From Bacteroidales bacterium (GTDB taxonomy: Bacteria; Bacteroidota; Bacteroidia; Bacteroidales; GCA-2748055), in NCBI GenBank assembly GCA_030673645.1, contig DAOVIO010000009.1:83-64082 (forward strand): DNA of 64,000 nt, written 5' to 3'. Made by a program: the position numbers and the translations under genes. The notes below the pieces were generated by a model. That model ran no database searches and had not been told where the DNA came from. It saw only the letters and a list, made by a program, of their open reading frames with translations. Positions within the stretch are counted from its first letter, which is position 1. Every line of letters begins with the position of its first letter. Positions 29,677 through 38,586 of this stretch are shown here, one piece after another.

Positions 29677-30627
29677 TTAATTTTCTTTATCTCCATGTTT
29701 TTTATAAGCATCTACAATATATTTCACTAATTTATGTCGCAATATATCTCTGTCATCAAATCGAACGATCGAAATTCCATCAATATCCTTAAGAATACTC
29801 TCAGCGATTAATAATCCCGAATCTTTTTTTCGAGGAAGGTCTATTTGAGTTACATCACCAGTAACAATGAATTTTGCATTCCTGCCAATCCTTGTTAAAA
29901 ACATTTTTAACTGATTCCCTGTTGCATTTTGGCCTTCATCCAGAATTACAAAAGCATTATCCAAAGTTCTTCCTCTCATATAAGCAAGAGGAGCTATTTG
30001 AATAATACCTTCCTCAATTAATGCCTTTAACTTTTTAAGTGGAATCATATCATTAAGAGCATCGTATAATGGTTGTAAATATGGATCTAATTTCTCCTTA
30101 TAATCACCTGGTAAAAACCCCAGCCTCTCCCCTGATTCAACAGCGGGTCTTGTTAAGATTATCCTCTTAACCTCTTTCATCTTCAATGCTCTTACGGCCA
30201 AAGCAATTGCAGTATAGGTTTTTCCTGTACCCGCAGGACCAATAGCAAGCAACAAATCGTTTTTAACACATTCCTTCACAAGTCCTTTCTGATTAACAGT
30301 TTGAGCCTTAATTGGCTTTCCATTGTCACCATAAAGCAAGATATCATTTTTCTCTATAATATCTTTTTTTATAGAATTCATACTCATCAAGTCATCAATT
30401 TCTTCCAGTGAAATATCCTTATAAGTATTAATGTGAGAAATCAGAGCTTCAATTTTATACTGAAACAAAAGAATCTCAGGCTCATCTCCGTTAACTTTTA
30501 TTTCATCACCTCTGGCAGAAATCTTTAATTCTGGGAAATTGTGTCTTATCTTGTCAAACCTGACATTGTTAATTCCAAAAAAATCAACTGGGTCTATTCC
30601 TTCCAAATATAAAGTCTTCTCAATCAT
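29677..30627 (-). CDS. PhoH-family ATPase
   Basis: Walker A GPAGTGKTYTAIALAV and Walker B ILDEGQN; 316 aa. Confidence 0.9.
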   Translation of the reverse strand: MIEKTLYLEGIDPVDFFGINNVRFDKIRHNFPELKISARGDEIKVNGDEPEILLFQYKIEALISHINTYKDISLEEIDDLMSMNSIKKDIIEKNDILLYGDNGKPIKAQTVNQKGLVKECVKNDLLLAIGPAGTGKTYTAIALAVRALKMKEVKRIILTRPAVESGERLGFLPGDYKEKLDPYLQPLYDALNDMIPLKKLKALIEEGIIQIAPLAYMRGRTLDNAFVILDEGQNATGNQLKMFLTRIGRNAKFIVTGDVTQIDLPRKKDSGLLIAESILKDIDGISIVRFDDRDILRHKLVKYIVDAYKKHGDKEN

Positions 30628-30722
30628 TAAATATAAATAATAATCACTAATTTTATCACTTACAAAATAAGTGTATTTTTTTCAGAATACAATAATCACA
30701 GCATTTTTAGATTGCTTTCTAT

Positions 30723-31505
30723 ATGCCAGTAATTACCATAACATCAGATTGGAATAATAATGATTATTATTTGGCAGCCGTTAAAGGTCAGTTACTCAAA
30801 TTGAATGAGAAGTTTACAATCACTGATATCAATCACAATGTTAAAGCTTTTAATCTTAGTCAGGGAGCATTTATTATACGAAATTCCTTTGAACACTTTC
30901 CTGAGAATTCAATTCATCTGATTTATATTGATTCAGAGCCGGATAATGACCGCAAATACATGGCAGTCAAGGCTATGGGTCATTACTTTATTGGTACCGA
31001 TAATGGCATATTTAATCTGATACTAAACGAAAATATAGCAGGAAAAGTTGAATTATCTTCACTTGAACCAGATGGGTCACAGAGTTTTCCGGGCTTAATA
31101 ACTTTTACTGAGGCAGCATATAGGATATCAAAAGGTGAACCCTTTGATTCAATTGGAAAAGTAGTCAATAATTATACAGAGAGAATTCCAATAAGAGCCA
31201 CAATTGAAGAAAATTCTATTTCAGGAAGTATTATATACATTGACTCATATGGCAATGCTATAACTAATATAACTAAAGAAATATTTAGCCGAGCTGGCAA
31301 TAATAATCCTTTTGAAATTTACGTACAAAGTAAACATTATACCCTTACTGAAATAAATAAGACGTATAATTCTGTTCCCGGAGGAGATTTGCTTGCACTT
31401 TTTAATTCCACTGGATTGCTTGAAATTGCTATTAATAGTGGTAATGCGAGCAAGCTATTAAATTTAAATTTAAATTCGAATATTCGAATTGAATTCTTAA
31501 AGTAA
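30723..31505 (+). CDS. SAM hydrolase / SAM hydroxide adenosyltransferase family protein (DUF62)
   Basis: N-terminus ITITSDWNNNDYYLAAVKG and the central IDSYGNAITNI motif; 260 aa. Confidence 0.8.
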   Translation: MPVITITSDWNNNDYYLAAVKGQLLKLNEKFTITDINHNVKAFNLSQGAFIIRNSFEHFPENSIHLIYIDSEPDNDRKYMAVKAMGHYFIGTDNGIFNLILNENIAGKVELSSLEPDGSQSFPGLITFTEAAYRISKGEPFDSIGKVVNNYTERIPIRATIEENSISGSIIYIDSYGNAITNITKEIFSRAGNNNPFEIYVQSKHYTLTEINKTYNSVPGGDLLALFNSTGLLEIAINSGNASKLLNLNLNSNIRIEFLK

Positions 31506-31509
31506 AATA

Positions 31510-32292
31510 ATGATGATAAATTCGATAACTGAAAAACTTAAAGCTTTTGAAGAGTTGCTGCATATTATGGATGAACTTAGGGAAAAGTGCCCTTGGGATA
31601 AAGAACAAACGCTTGAAAGCCTTAGAAGTCTAACAATTGAAGAAACCTATGAGCTTGCTGACGCGATATTAGATGAGAATTTAGAAGAAATAAAAAAAGA
31701 GCTTGGAGATTTATTACTTCATATAGTTTTTTATGCCAAAATAGGAACAGAAAAAAATAGTTTTGACATAGCAGATGTAATCAATAACATTAACAAAAAA
31801 CTTGTATTCAGACATCCTCATGTTTTTGGTGAGGTAGCAGTTGAATCAGTAACTGAAGTAGTTGAGAACTGGGAAGAACTAAAGCGCAAGGAAGGTCATA
31901 AATCTGTTTTGTCAGGTGTGCCGAATTCGCTTCCTGCTATGATAAAAGCTAGCAGAGTTCAGGAGAAAGTTAGAGCAGTAGGTTTCGATTGGGATGAAAG
32001 AATACAAATCTGGGATAAGGTTAAAGAAGAATTATCTGAACTTGAGGATGAAATCGAAAATCAAGATCATGAGAAAACAGAATCAGAGTTTGGAGATCTT
32101 CTCTTTTCCATAATCAATGCAGCCCGCCTTTATAATGTTGATCCGGAAACAGCCCTTGAAAAAACTAATAGAAAATTTACTAAACGGTTTTTATATCTTG
32201 AAAAAGAGACCTTACACAAAGGTAGGGAACTAAAAGATATGAGTCTTGATGAAATGAATCAAATCTGGGAAGTTGCTAAAGAGTCTGATTAA
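31510..32292 (+). CDS. mazG: Nucleoside triphosphate pyrophosphohydrolase
   Basis: Tandem MazG domains with EETYELADAI and RHPHVF motifs; 260 aa. Confidence 0.9.
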   Translation: MMINSITEKLKAFEELLHIMDELREKCPWDKEQTLESLRSLTIEETYELADAILDENLEEIKKELGDLLLHIVFYAKIGTEKNSFDIADVINNINKKLVFRHPHVFGEVAVESVTEVVENWEELKRKEGHKSVLSGVPNSLPAMIKASRVQEKVRAVGFDWDERIQIWDKVKEELSELEDEIENQDHEKTESEFGDLLFSIINAARLYNVDPETALEKTNRKFTKRFLYLEKETLHKGRELKDMSLDEMNQIWEVAKESD

Positions 32293-32330
32293 GAGGGTTG
32301 GTGGTTACTTCACACTAAGTACAACTTTCT

Positions 32331-32801
32331 CTATTTTCTCTCCTTTTTCTCAGCAGCCTCCTTTTCAGTGTTTTTATTTTCTTCTACTTCTTTATCCTCT
32401 TCCTCTTTTACTTTTAATTCACCATCAACCATCCCTAATTCATGAAGAAGATTATACCAGGCTAAAATTTTCTTAATATCCGAAACATACACTCTTTCAC
32501 GATCATATCCTGGTAGGACATCAGAAAAGAAATCTTTCAACTCACTTGAGTCAGATTTATGATTTATGGCAGCTCCACCTTCCATTTTCTTGAATATATT
32601 GACAAAAACTTCAGCCAGCGGAACCTCTTCTTCTTCTGTAAAAACTGCTATATCATCAAGGGCACTTACTTTATCTGTAGCATATGCCGGTAACCTTTTT
32701 TTATCTTGTAATCCCTCTACAATAATTCCATTCTTTGCTTGTGAAACAAATTTATATAATCCAGGCTTTCCGCCAATAGCTAAAATATCCTTTAATTCCA
32801 T
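32331..32801 (-). CDS. DUF5606 domain protein
   Basis: N-terminus MELKDILAIGGKPGLYKFVSQAKNGIIVE is characteristic of this Bacteroidota family, and the C-terminal tail is acidic/Lys-rich. Confidence 0.65.
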   Translation of the reverse strand: MELKDILAIGGKPGLYKFVSQAKNGIIVEGLQDKKRLPAYATDKVSALDDIAVFTEEEEVPLAEVFVNIFKKMEGGAAINHKSDSSELKDFFSDVLPGYDRERVYVSDIKKILAWYNLLHELGMVDGELKVKEEEDKEVEENKNTEKEAAEKKERK

Positions 32802-32811
32802 TTTTCAATTA

Positions 32812-33534
32812 TTAATTTAAACCGCGCTCTTTCTTAATTTGTTCATATGCATCATTTACCTTCTTAAATTTCTCATTTGCAGTCTTTCTAAACTCTTCAC
32901 CAAGGTATGAGACTTTATCAGGATGGTATTTTTTAGCCATAGTCCTGTAAGCTTTTTTGACCTCTTCATCACTTGCATCTGTATTAATTTCCAGAATTTT
33001 GTATGCTGCATCGGTAGAAGGGACAAACATCGACATTATAGAATCTGCGTCTTTCTGACTTATTCCTAAATAATTTTCAATATTTCGAATTACATTTCTT
33101 TCTGAAGCAGCAAAATCTCTGTCTGACGCAGCTATGCCGTACAAGAAATGCATCATCTGAAGCTTTGAGGAATAATCGAGATTTGAATTTATCTGTGTAC
33201 TAACTGCATGCAAATCAATATTCTGATTGAGTATATCTCTAAGCATCCTTAATGCGTCCTCGGCAGAATTATGACCAAGGCTCCTAACAAAATATGCCTT
33301 TACATAATCCAATTCGACCTTTAAAACTTTTCCGTCAGCTTTCATAACAGCAGCAACAAGTACGATTAAGCTCATTACGAAATCACCTGTAGTAGTTCTC
33401 CCGGTTTGATTGTTTAGCTTATTCCGTTCATTACCATCCAGAGCACCAGCAACTACAAAGCCTAACAATCCTCCAAGAGGACCAAAAAACGCCCAGCCTA
33501 ATCCTCCAGCTATCCATTTATTATATTTTCCCAT
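32812..33534 (-). CDS. DjlA-like co-chaperone (TM helix + TerB-like domain + C-terminal J domain)
   Basis: Gly-rich N-terminal membrane segment and a C-terminal J domain YKILEINTDASDEEVKKAYRTMAKKYHPDKV (HPD motif). Confidence 0.75.
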   Translation of the reverse strand: MGKYNKWIAGGLGWAFFGPLGGLLGFVVAGALDGNERNKLNNQTGRTTTGDFVMSLIVLVAAVMKADGKVLKVELDYVKAYFVRSLGHNSAEDALRMLRDILNQNIDLHAVSTQINSNLDYSSKLQMMHFLYGIAASDRDFAASERNVIRNIENYLGISQKDADSIMSMFVPSTDAAYKILEINTDASDEEVKKAYRTMAKKYHPDKVSYLGEEFRKTANEKFKKVNDAYEQIKKERGLN

Positions 33535-34135
33535 TTATATTTTTTTTTCTGTGCAAAGAAACAAATTTATTATGTAATTCAAGAACCTGTGGGATTAACA
33601 ATTTATTCACTGAATTGTTGAGTTGGAAATCAGCATATTTCAATTTCTCTTCATCAGACATTTGTTGTTCTATCCTTGCAATAATGGCCGATCTTTTCAT
33701 CTTATCTCTTTTTGCAACCCTATCAATCCTGGTATCTATATCAGCAGTTACAAGTATTGTATAGTTGAAAAAGGATGAAAATCCACTCTCAAAAAGAATT
33801 GCTGATTCCTGAATAATATAAGGCGCTGATTTTCTTTCTTCTATCCAATCAGCAAAATCCTCTCTTACAACCGGATGAACAAGTAAATTCAATTTCTCGA
33901 GCAAACCAGGATTATTAAATACCCTTGAAGCGATATAAGCAGAATTAAGACTATGTTTCAAATAGGTTTCCTCTCCCAGTAATGAAATGATACCAGTTTT
34001 CAAGTCTGCATTTTTCTCCATTAAGACTTTTGCTTCAGAATCGGCTGAATAAATATCGACGCCAAGTATCCGAAACATGTTTGCAACCGTAGTTTTCCCG
34101 CTGCCTATTCCTCCAGTTAAACCAACTTTAATCAT
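33521..34135 (-). CDS. coaE: Dephospho-CoA kinase
   Basis: P-loop GLTGGIGSGKTTVA; 204 aa. It overlaps the downstream gene by 14 nt and the upstream gene by 1 nt. Confidence 0.9.
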   Translation of the reverse strand: MIKVGLTGGIGSGKTTVANMFRILGVDIYSADSEAKVLMEKNADLKTGIISLLGEETYLKHSLNSAYIASRVFNNPGLLEKLNLLVHPVVREDFADWIEERKSAPYIIQESAILFESGFSSFFNYTILVTADIDTRIDRVAKRDKMKRSAIIARIEQQMSDEEKLKYADFQLNNSVNKLLIPQVLELHNKFVSLHRKKNINGKI

Positions 34136-35130
34136 TATTTTTCAATAAGATACTCAACAGTTTTAGGCTTTAAATTTACACCGTGAATAAAATTTGGTTC
34201 CTTAGTCAATTCAACTTTCAAGCGAGAGACACCAGGTACTATTGAATTATAATCAACCTGTAACGTAAACATATCTGCCTGTAAAAAATCAAAATTACTT
34301 AGCCCAACCTGGCAACTTAGATTAACCTGCCTTGGAAATGTTTTTAACATTAGTGAATCTGGTACATTTAGAAGTGTAATAGGAACATCCAGAACTTTCT
34401 CAGTGAACTTTTCAATATCAAATAATAATTTAACTTCTTTTGTCTCATAACCAATATAATTTACTTCTTCCAAATCGACAACTACTTCACTAGAGCCTGA
34501 AATTATACCAATATCATCATCTTTAGTAAATACTACAGAAATAGTATCCATAATGTAATCAGGACCAGTAACTAACACAGAATCAGGTACTATTTTTACT
34601 TTATTTTTGAATATTAATTGTTTATCGAGCTCAAACTTTGCCTTGCTATGAATGGATAATTTTTTTGAATGGACCTGAGCAAAGGGGAAAATTAAAGTAT
34701 CAGGTTTAATATCGATAATTTCAAATTCAGAATTCAATTGCTTGGATACGTAATCCTGAATAAACCTTGATTCAATAAAAAAGAATGAAGAATCTCTACC
34801 AGGTAACCGATTAAGGGTAAAAGATCTGACATTAAACACAATTGGAATATATCTGGAGCTAATCTTATTACGTAAAAGAGCATAACCATGAGCTGATACT
34901 CTTAATTCAAGAGCAGCAGGAAGATCGCCAATTAAGGTTTTATTTTCAGGGTAATTCTTAAATCTTATCGGATAATCAATATATGTAGTATAGTTTTTAC
35001 TAAGTGCATTCATTAACCAAATAATGATAGATAATCCTAAGAAGAAACCAAATACCAAGACTTTTCTCCTGAATACAAGTTTTTCCCTATTCCTAAACTT
35101 TGAAATATAATCTGAAAAGCGATTATTCAT
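34135..35130 (-). CDS. YbbR-like domain protein
   Basis: Single N-terminal TM helix followed by repeated beta-rich modules. It occupies the conserved position upstream of coaE seen in Bacteroidota. Confidence 0.65.
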   Translation of the reverse strand: MNNRFSDYISKFRNREKLVFRRKVLVFGFFLGLSIIIWLMNALSKNYTTYIDYPIRFKNYPENKTLIGDLPAALELRVSAHGYALLRNKISSRYIPIVFNVRSFTLNRLPGRDSSFFFIESRFIQDYVSKQLNSEFEIIDIKPDTLIFPFAQVHSKKLSIHSKAKFELDKQLIFKNKVKIVPDSVLVTGPDYIMDTISVVFTKDDDIGIISGSSEVVVDLEEVNYIGYETKEVKLLFDIEKFTEKVLDVPITLLNVPDSLMLKTFPRQVNLSCQVGLSNFDFLQADMFTLQVDYNSIVPGVSRLKVELTKEPNFIHGVNLKPKTVEYLIEK

Positions 35131-35246
35131 TATCTTAATAAATTGTTCCTACGAAAGTAAAAAATAATAGGGAATGGACAATGGAGAAGACTGTATTTAA
35201 AAATTTGATAATATTTAACATGTCAAGCTGTGCACCATGAACACAC

Positions 35247-35282
35247 AAAAAAACCCGGTTAATATATTAACCGAGCTTTTTT
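35247..35282 (-). terminator. Rho-independent terminator of yajC (A/T-flanked, could act in both directions)
   Basis: A7-cccggttaat/attaaccgag-T6. On the minus strand the hairpin is followed by gggTTTTTTT, 21 nt after the yajC stop. Confidence 0.7.
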
Positions 35283-35302
35283 AATAATGAAGTTATACAA
35301 TA

Positions 35303-35626
35303 TTATTTTTGCGTACCTACATCAGATGAATCTTTAAGAACTGCATTTTTGTCTATCTTTATTCTTATATTTTCTGCAATCTCAACTGTAATAGTTTGGT
35401 CCTTAATATCGGTTACTTTCCCGTAAATTCCGCCTGTTGTAACAATCTTATCACCCTTTTGAATGCCACTTCTGTAAGTTTTAAGTTCCTTTTGTTTTTT
35501 AACCTGAGGTCTGATCATAAAGAAATAGAAAACTACAATTATTAGTAGTAATGGCAAAAGAGACGTTAAAGCATTTGGTTGATCACCTGCTGCAGGTGTT
35601 TGTAAAAAAATAGTTAGTAAATTCAT
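35303..35626 (-). CDS. yajC: Preprotein translocase subunit YajC
   Basis: One TM helix followed by MIRPQVKKQKE and a GGIYGKV motif; 107 aa. Confidence 0.9.
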   Translation of the reverse strand: MNLLTIFLQTPAAGDQPNALTSLLPLLLIIVVFYFFMIRPQVKKQKELKTYRSGIQKGDKIVTTGGIYGKVTDIKDQTITVEIAENIRIKIDKNAVLKDSSDVGTQK

Positions 35627-35643
35627 GTTTGCTTATTTTAATT

Positions 35644-36060
35644 TTAATTAATGACTTCGAAAATTAATTTTAGATTAACAATATTATTCTGAGCATTAGA
35701 CTCAATTTTTACATTTTTAATTTCTTTCCCCTTCCTTCCACTAGAATCAAAGATAATCTGCAATTCTTCTTCCCCTCCTGGAGATAATGGTTTTTTACTA
35801 TACTCTGATACTGTACATCCACAAGTTGTTATAACATTTGATATTAATAAATCAGATTCTCCTGCATTTCTATATTTAAAATACCAACCTACTTTTTCGC
35901 CTTCTGTTATTTTACCAAAGTCGCGCTCCAATTCATCAAACTCAATAATTGCAGGATAACCACTTTTTACAACTTTAGCAGAATCTCCTGTTGAAACAGG
36001 TTTGCATGCTGATAAATAAATAACCAGTATAGGAAACAATATAAACAGTTTATAGCTCAT
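35644..36060 (-). CDS. DUF1573 domain lipoprotein
   Basis: Lipobox LSAC, FDELERDFGKI, and the ITTCGCT motif typical of DUF1573. Confidence 0.8.
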   Translation of the reverse strand: MSYKLFILFPILVIYLSACKPVSTGDSAKVVKSGYPAIIEFDELERDFGKITEGEKVGWYFKYRNAGESDLLISNVITTCGCTVSEYSKKPLSPGGEEELQIIFDSSGRKGKEIKNVKIESNAQNNIVNLKLIFEVIN

Positions 36061-36071
36061 ATAAATACAGA

Positions 36072-37022
36072 TTATACCTCTCCAATCAAGCCTCTTCCTG
36101 TTTTCTTTATTTTCTTATCAGCCTTGAGTTTCTGCATTATCTTATCCAGAACCCCATTGATAAAACTGTTACTTTTCTCTGTACTATAATATTTAGTTAT
36201 TTCAAGAAACTCATTTAAGGTAACCTTAGTTGGGATTGATTTAAATTCTATCAATTCTGTAATAGCTAACTGCATTATAATAACATCCATAAACGCTATC
36301 CTTTCTAAATCCCAGTTACTTGCTTTCTCTTCAATAAGCTTAAGACTTAAATTCCTATTGACAATAGCCTTTCGGAAGAGCATTCTTACATAATCTCTGT
36401 CTTCCTCATTTTTATAAAGCGCCAAAAGTTCTTTCTCTTCGCCATCGGTTGGCTTAAACTTCTTAATAGTTTTAACAATCATAGAAACAATATAGTCCAG
36501 ATCGTCATTCCAATAAATACTTTTTTCTTCTAAAAGTTGATGCAAAGATTCATTTGGAAGAATGATATCAGTACAAATTTTAGAGAATATCTTCTTATCA
36601 GCTGCATAATCTGTACTTTCTAATTCCAAATAATCCTGATAATCCTTATCTTCCTGAACGAGCATAAATATTTCCTTTATAAATTCAGGATGCTGAACCC
36701 AACCTATTTTATTATTATCAATGAAAGATTTTAGATTTGAATTACTCCTTAGTTGAGCAATAAATTTATTATCAATAAAATTTGTGTGTGGATTTATGTC
36801 AGCATGACTTGGAACTTTTTTATTTCGTGCCAATTCAATACGAGATTCAGCATAATCAACTATTTCAATAAAAAGTATTAGGAGAAAATGGTATAATTCA
36901 TATGACTTTCCTATGCTGAAAAATAATTCCTTCTCTGAAAGATTTAATTCTTTCTGGTCGGACTTATAATATGCATACAATACTTGCAGCACCTTAATCC
37001 TTAGAAGTCTTCTGCTTATCAT
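36072..37022 (-). CDS. nusB: Transcription antitermination factor NusB (long Bacteroidota form)
   Basis: N-terminus RRLLRIKVLQVLYAY and a C-terminal NusB fold segment (ERIAFMDVIIMQLAITELIEF...FINGVLDKI). Confidence 0.85.
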   Translation of the reverse strand: MISRRLLRIKVLQVLYAYYKSDQKELNLSEKELFFSIGKSYELYHFLLILFIEIVDYAESRIELARNKKVPSHADINPHTNFIDNKFIAQLRSNSNLKSFIDNNKIGWVQHPEFIKEIFMLVQEDKDYQDYLELESTDYAADKKIFSKICTDIILPNESLHQLLEEKSIYWNDDLDYIVSMIVKTIKKFKPTDGEEKELLALYKNEEDRDYVRMLFRKAIVNRNLSLKLIEEKASNWDLERIAFMDVIIMQLAITELIEFKSIPTKVTLNEFLEITKYYSTEKSNSFINGVLDKIMQKLKADKKIKKTGRGLIGEV

Positions 37023-37055
37023 TTAAAGAACCTGAATTGTTAATATTTAAGTCTG

Positions 37056-37063
37056 CAAAGGTA
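37056..37063 (-). promoter_or_regulatory. -7 promoter box TACCTTTG for the nusB-DUF1573-yajC unit
   Basis: The plus strand reads CAAAGGTA, an exact TAnnTTTG on the minus strand, 33 nt before the nusB ATG. Confidence 0.4.
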
Positions 37064-37196
37064 AATAAATTTTTTATTTGAAGAACAAAATGAGGATATT
37101 CCTATTAATTGCCAGATAGAAGGAGATAAGTAAACAATATTTTTTGTAAAAAGTCTAATATATATTAGAATTTGAATGATATTTAAAATATTTTTT

Positions 37197-37204
37197 TATT
37201 TTTG
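37197..37204 (+). promoter_or_regulatory. -7 promoter box TATTTTTG for the PUR-like gene
   Basis: Exact TAnnTTTG, 39 nt before the ATG at 37244. Confidence 0.45.
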
Positions 37205-37243
37205 AAACTCTATTAACTAAAACTCTGTAACTAAAACGAGAAA

Positions 37244-37627
37244 ATGATGGAAGACGGAATTGAAAAGAAAGAAGAATTTAATAATCAGCCAAGGGAAGAA
37301 ATCTTTTCCGAAGCAGTAAGAGCGGGTAAGCGAACATATTTTTTCGATGTAAAGGCCACACGTCGAAACGATTACTACCTTACAATTACGGAAAGTAAGA
37401 AAAAATTTAATCGTGAAGGCAATTCTTTTTATGAGAAGCACAAAATTTTTCTTTATAAAGAAGATTTTGAGAAATTTGCAGCTGGCCTGACATCAGCAAT
37501 AGATTATATCAAAAAAAATAATCCTCAAGGAGATGCAGTAGAACATGTAAGTAATAATTCCGAGACTAAAATAGAGGAAAAATTTACTAATATTGAATTT
37601 GAAGATCTCGAAGAGACAAAATCCTAA
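37244..37627 (+). CDS. Bacterial PUR-alpha-like nucleic-acid-binding protein (DUF3276)
   Basis: EIFSEAVRAGKRTYFFDVKATRRNDYYLTITESKK is the signature PUR repeat segment of DUF3276; 127 aa. Confidence 0.8.
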   Translation: MMEDGIEKKEEFNNQPREEIFSEAVRAGKRTYFFDVKATRRNDYYLTITESKKKFNREGNSFYEKHKIFLYKEDFEKFAAGLTSAIDYIKKNNPQGDAVEHVSNNSETKIEEKFTNIEFEDLEETKS

Positions 37628-37641
37628 CTTAATTAATTGTT

Positions 37642-37663
37642 CTCCATTTTGTATAGAATGGAG
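37642..37663 (+). terminator. Possible terminator hairpin between convergent genes
   Basis: ctccatt-N8-aatggag (7-bp stem) followed by a T-rich tract (taaattttaatttt). Confidence 0.4.
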
Positions 37664-37685
37664 TAAATTTTAATTTTAACGGGAA

Positions 37686-38435
37686 TTAAATTTCGATGTC
37701 CAAACTTTTATTTTCTTTTTGCTGTTTGATGAATTCTTTAATATCATCGAAACTTAATTTTTTGACATTTGTAATAATAAAATCAGGAATAAGGAAATCT
37801 CCATAATTATTACATTCATAAACAGCCTCTTCAAATACAGCTTTTACAGGCGAACTTATGGGAACAACGGCGAGTATAGTTGCCATTTCTTCTGAAAACT
37901 CAATATTCTCAACTACAGAATTATGCTTTTTAAGTGCATAATTGAATTCATTTTTGATAATTTTCTTATGCAAATCAGTAAATTCCTTCAAATTTTTCCC
38001 TAGAACAATGACAAAATATCTGAGCTTGTCACCTTTCCCACCCAATCCGGTTGAAATAAAAACCTGATTCTCATCTAATATTTTGGACTCAAGTAACATT
38101 CTACTTTCTTTCAATGCTAAAATTGCCCAATCCTTAAGTAAATCATTTTCACTTTTCTGAAATTTCTCAATAGTTCGAAAAGCCTCAACCTTATCTAATG
38201 ATGCCAATTGAACTAATAAATTCTTCTTGTCCTCCATACTCGTTGACTCAGAAAAAAGCCGAGAGGAATCTTCCATAATATTACCGGCAAGTTTCCTTTT
38301 CTTGAGTTTGCGAGATGATTCAAAATAATTCATTTGAATATCGATATCGATTTGCTCCTCCAATATATTCAAGGAACCAGGTAATCCACCGAAGATCTCA
38401 TTTATTTTATCAAATATGTTCTCGTTTTCATCCAT
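37686..38435 (-). CDS. Hypothetical cytoplasmic protein
   Basis: 249-aa ORF with no signal peptide, TM helix or motif I recognise. The N-terminal half looks helical and the C-terminal half alpha/beta. Confidence 0.55.
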   Translation of the reverse strand: MDENENIFDKINEIFGGLPGSLNILEEQIDIDIQMNYFESSRKLKKRKLAGNIMEDSSRLFSESTSMEDKKNLLVQLASLDKVEAFRTIEKFQKSENDLLKDWAILALKESRMLLESKILDENQVFISTGLGGKGDKLRYFVIVLGKNLKEFTDLHKKIIKNEFNYALKKHNSVVENIEFSEEMATILAVVPISSPVKAVFEEAVYECNNYGDFLIPDFIITNVKKLSFDDIKEFIKQQKENKSLDIEI

Positions 38436-38586
38436 TACATAATAAAAAATACGGAAAATAATAAGTTAAGTTACAAAATATTAAAGTATTTGTCAATATA
38501 AACTTGACGAATCGTATTGAAATACCTAATTGTGGGGATAGCGAAATGGATTAACATTACTAACATTGCATGCTTAAATTAGGATA

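Noticed and set aside
37217-37441. 74-aa minus-strand ORF overlapping the start of the PUR-like gene.
   Set aside because: It is antisense to a gene with a clear DUF3276 signature and its own promoter box. Its sequence is low-complexity and Phe/Leu-rich.
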